A DNA stretch of 64,000 nucleotides from Eledone cirrhosa. Its lineage: Eukaryota. Shown one piece after another: positions 61,564-64,000 of the stretch (positions within the stretch are counted from its first letter, which is position 1; the number at the start of each line of letters is the position of its first letter). A program made the position numbers and the translations under genes. Location: NCBI GenBank assembly GCA_964016885.1, contig OZ024741.1, positions 304,668,001-304,732,000 of the forward strand, read 5' to 3'. The notes beneath the pieces are model-generated. The model did no database searches. It had not been told where the DNA came from and saw only the letters and a program-made list of their open reading frames with translations.

Positions 61564-62204
61564 TTTTGAATTTAAAGCTAACTTAAAGTTAACAGCTTCA
61601 ACATGAAAAAACAGTCTTATAAGTTGGGCATATAAACCCCTGGACAGCACCACCAGTGGGCTTATTTTCCGGAGTCAAAAACATGCATTGAAGTTGTTAA
61701 CTTTAACCCTTTAGCATTTACATTACTCTATATTTACTATTATGTTTTCATGGTAAAGGCTTTATCTCACATAATATTGAATCTATGAAATTTTGATATT
61801 TGAGAACAATACCTTAACATCAGTATGAGTGACTGGTTTCAGCCGATTCGAACAAAGAGGTAAAAGAATTCTGGCCAGTTACATCATCATCATCATTTTA
61901 CGTCTGCTTTTCCCTGCTTGCAAGGGTGGGACTGGCTTGATGCCCTTCCTAACACCAACCTCATTTACAGTGAGTGCTGGGTGCTTTTTTTTCCATGGCA
62001 CCTACACGTCCCCTTTACAGTGTGGGCTGGGTGCTTTTTTGCCGTGGCACCTCCACGATCACTTTGCAGTGGAATGATAGGGACCCCAGTCCTATCATCT
62101 CATTTCTACAGCTGAGTAAACTGTGGAGCAATGTAAAATAAAGTGTCTTGCTCAACAACGGCCAGTTTAAATGCTAATGGGTTAAGTTAGCTTTAAATTC
62201 AAAA
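61564..62204. mobile_element. Nested stack: fold-back element > P1 MITE (61703-62185) > composite SINE (61883-62155, -)
   Basis: ~40-bp outer TIR split at a TTAA by the MITE; inner SINE matches 8050-8387. Confidence 0.7.
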
Positions 62205-63018
62205 TTCTTAACTTGCTCAGCAGTTCTAAAAATAGTCTCTTTGTGGGTACATTGGAAGTGGGGGAAGGGGTGATTCCATGTCAAAAAATGCATATTTTTT
62301 TCTGATCTGGAAAAAAAAAAAAAAAAATTCAATAAATAAATTTTAAAAAAAAATCAATGAAATCCAGCACAATATATGGGATTACTAAGATGACAAACCT
62401 GACCAAGCATTAATCCAAATGATTAGGGGTTCTTGAAATTTGGGTCAGAATACACACCAAGTGGCCATTTTAAATTTTCTTTCCTTTATAAATTTCAAGG
62501 TAATTTCACTATTACTTGACCAATCACTATGAAAAATGGTGCCTGACCCAATTTTCAGGTGAAGGACTCAAACAAAATGTTAAAAATGTACTACTAGCAA
62601 TCCATGTTTTTTTTTTTTTTTTTTTTTTTTTTTTTCATTAATAAATATACAGGTGTTCAAATTTCAAGTTTACTAAATCTTGTTGCACAAAATAAACTTT
62701 TTCTCAAAGTACTTAACTTGCATTGTAATTTTTTTCTCTTTTTTTTTTAACCCAAGATGGCAGGTAATTGTGCTAATTTCATACAAATAACATTAGCTTG
62801 GGTTCTCCCTTTCTTTGAAAGCTATACTACAAACATTTTATATTGCTTTCCCATGAAATGTCTATACTGTGCATCAGGCTTACATAGATGTCATTTCAGC
62901 ATCTCAATGAATCTTGAGATATTTGGATGATTTTTTTTTTAAATTGGAATTCAGCTTTATTTTGCATTTTATGTTCAGGACTGATAAATATATCTAAATT
63001 GCATTATCATTTAAAAAC

Positions 63019-63200
63019 GGTGGATTGGCAGTATCGGTAGAGGGTCGGACGCCATGCTTTCCAGCATAGTTACATCCCTTTACGATCTGAGTTCAAATCC
63101 CGCCGAGGTTGACTTTGCCTTTCATCCTTACGGGGTCGATAAAATAAAGTACCAGTAATGCACTGGGTAATTGCTGGCCTTGTGCCTAAAGTAGAAACAA
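63019..63200 (+). mobile_element. Full-length tRNA-derived SINE family A with 19-bp TSD
   Basis: A-box TGGCAGTATCGG, B-box GTTCAAATCC, TSD ATTATCATTTAAAAACGGT at 63003-21 and 63200-18. Confidence 0.92.
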
Positions 63201-63224
63201 TTATCATTTAAAAACGGTTAACAA

Positions 63225-64000
63225 GTTACAACTAGCTATTACAAAAGTGAGAAATTGTGGAAATGAAAACTTGAACAAGTAGGAGGCAGTAATTAAGAAA
63301 GTTACTACAATGCTGAAGCTAGCTCCAGATCATCAACCATGAAAGAATAGAGAAAATAAAATAAAGTTGATAACAAAAGCTGGCGATCTTGATTACCTAG
63401 TTTGTGAAATGAAGTAAAAACTCTACATCAACATACTGCCAAAAGCTTCAAATATTGACATTGGCTCCCAAATCATGGTCATTAACCTTTTATCATTTAC
63501 ATTCCTCTATATTTACTATTGTATTTTCATTGTAAAGGCTTTATCTCACATAATATAAAAGCTGCGAGAGTGATGTTATTTATTTTGAGAACAATACCTT
63601 AACATTGGTATGAGTAGCCGATTACAGCTGGTTTGAACAGACAGAGGAGAGAGAATTCTGGCTGGATACGGCCGGTTTAAATGCTAAAGGGTTAATGTAT
63701 ACAGCCAAGGAATTTGTAGTGTCCAGGGGTACTATGTGTAAGGCTTGGAACAAAGAGGAATATTGGCTATGCCAGATCTTACTGTTGGAAAGCAATTGAG
63801 TAGTGAAACTAAAACCCCTGTGAGTGTAATGATGAATGCTCACGATTAATACCTGGCAAAAAAGGATTACATAAGTGCCTGTTATGCAACCTTGAAGAGC
63901 TAGATTCACAATTTAAGGCAAAATACCCCAATGTACAGATAAGCTTTTCAACATTCGCATCACTGTGACCAAAGCGGTGCATCATTGGAGGAGCCTCTAG
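63225..64000 (+). pseudogene. Decayed DNA-transposon-associated ORF (superfamily unassigned) split by a P1 MITE at 63482-63695
   Basis: KLQILTLAPKSWS, RGILAMP, PGKKDY, LCNLEEL..FKAKYPNVQISFSTFASL*PK.C motifs recalled from a widespread metazoan transposon-derived family. Confidence 0.5.

Noticed and set aside
63019-63105. tRNA gene
   Set aside because: A/B boxes belong to a SINE head; no cloverleaf, and it continues into a SINE body with TSD

Overview
AT-rich, repeat-dense metazoan genomic DNA. The mix of (TA)n microsatellites, RTE LINEs with (GAT)n tails and tRNA-SINEs suggests a cephalopod mollusc (inference). There are two host genes, both on the minus strand. One is the first coding exon of an M-Ras-type small GTPase (1771-1954). 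The other is 14 phase-consistent exons (58887 to 32739) of an IGF2BP/IMP RNA-binding protein (RRM2 plus KH1-4) with a long TE-free 3' UTR. The remainder is a patchwork of RTE LINEs (one near-full-length but disrupted copy with a PHD finger inside the RT region), CR1, Helitron, mariner, pogo, hAT and piggyBac remnants/MITEs, and SINEs. The most notable signal is in the intergenic region (about 8.5-25.5 kb). Several short non-coding elements embedded in (TA)n tracts carry minimal type-I hammerhead ribozyme folds (CUGAUGA...GAAA...NUH, often with a palindromic stem III), and several are arranged as long near-perfect palindromes with a ribozyme on each strand. These resemble non-autonomous Penelope-like/retrozyme elements. 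All folds were read by eye, not computed.
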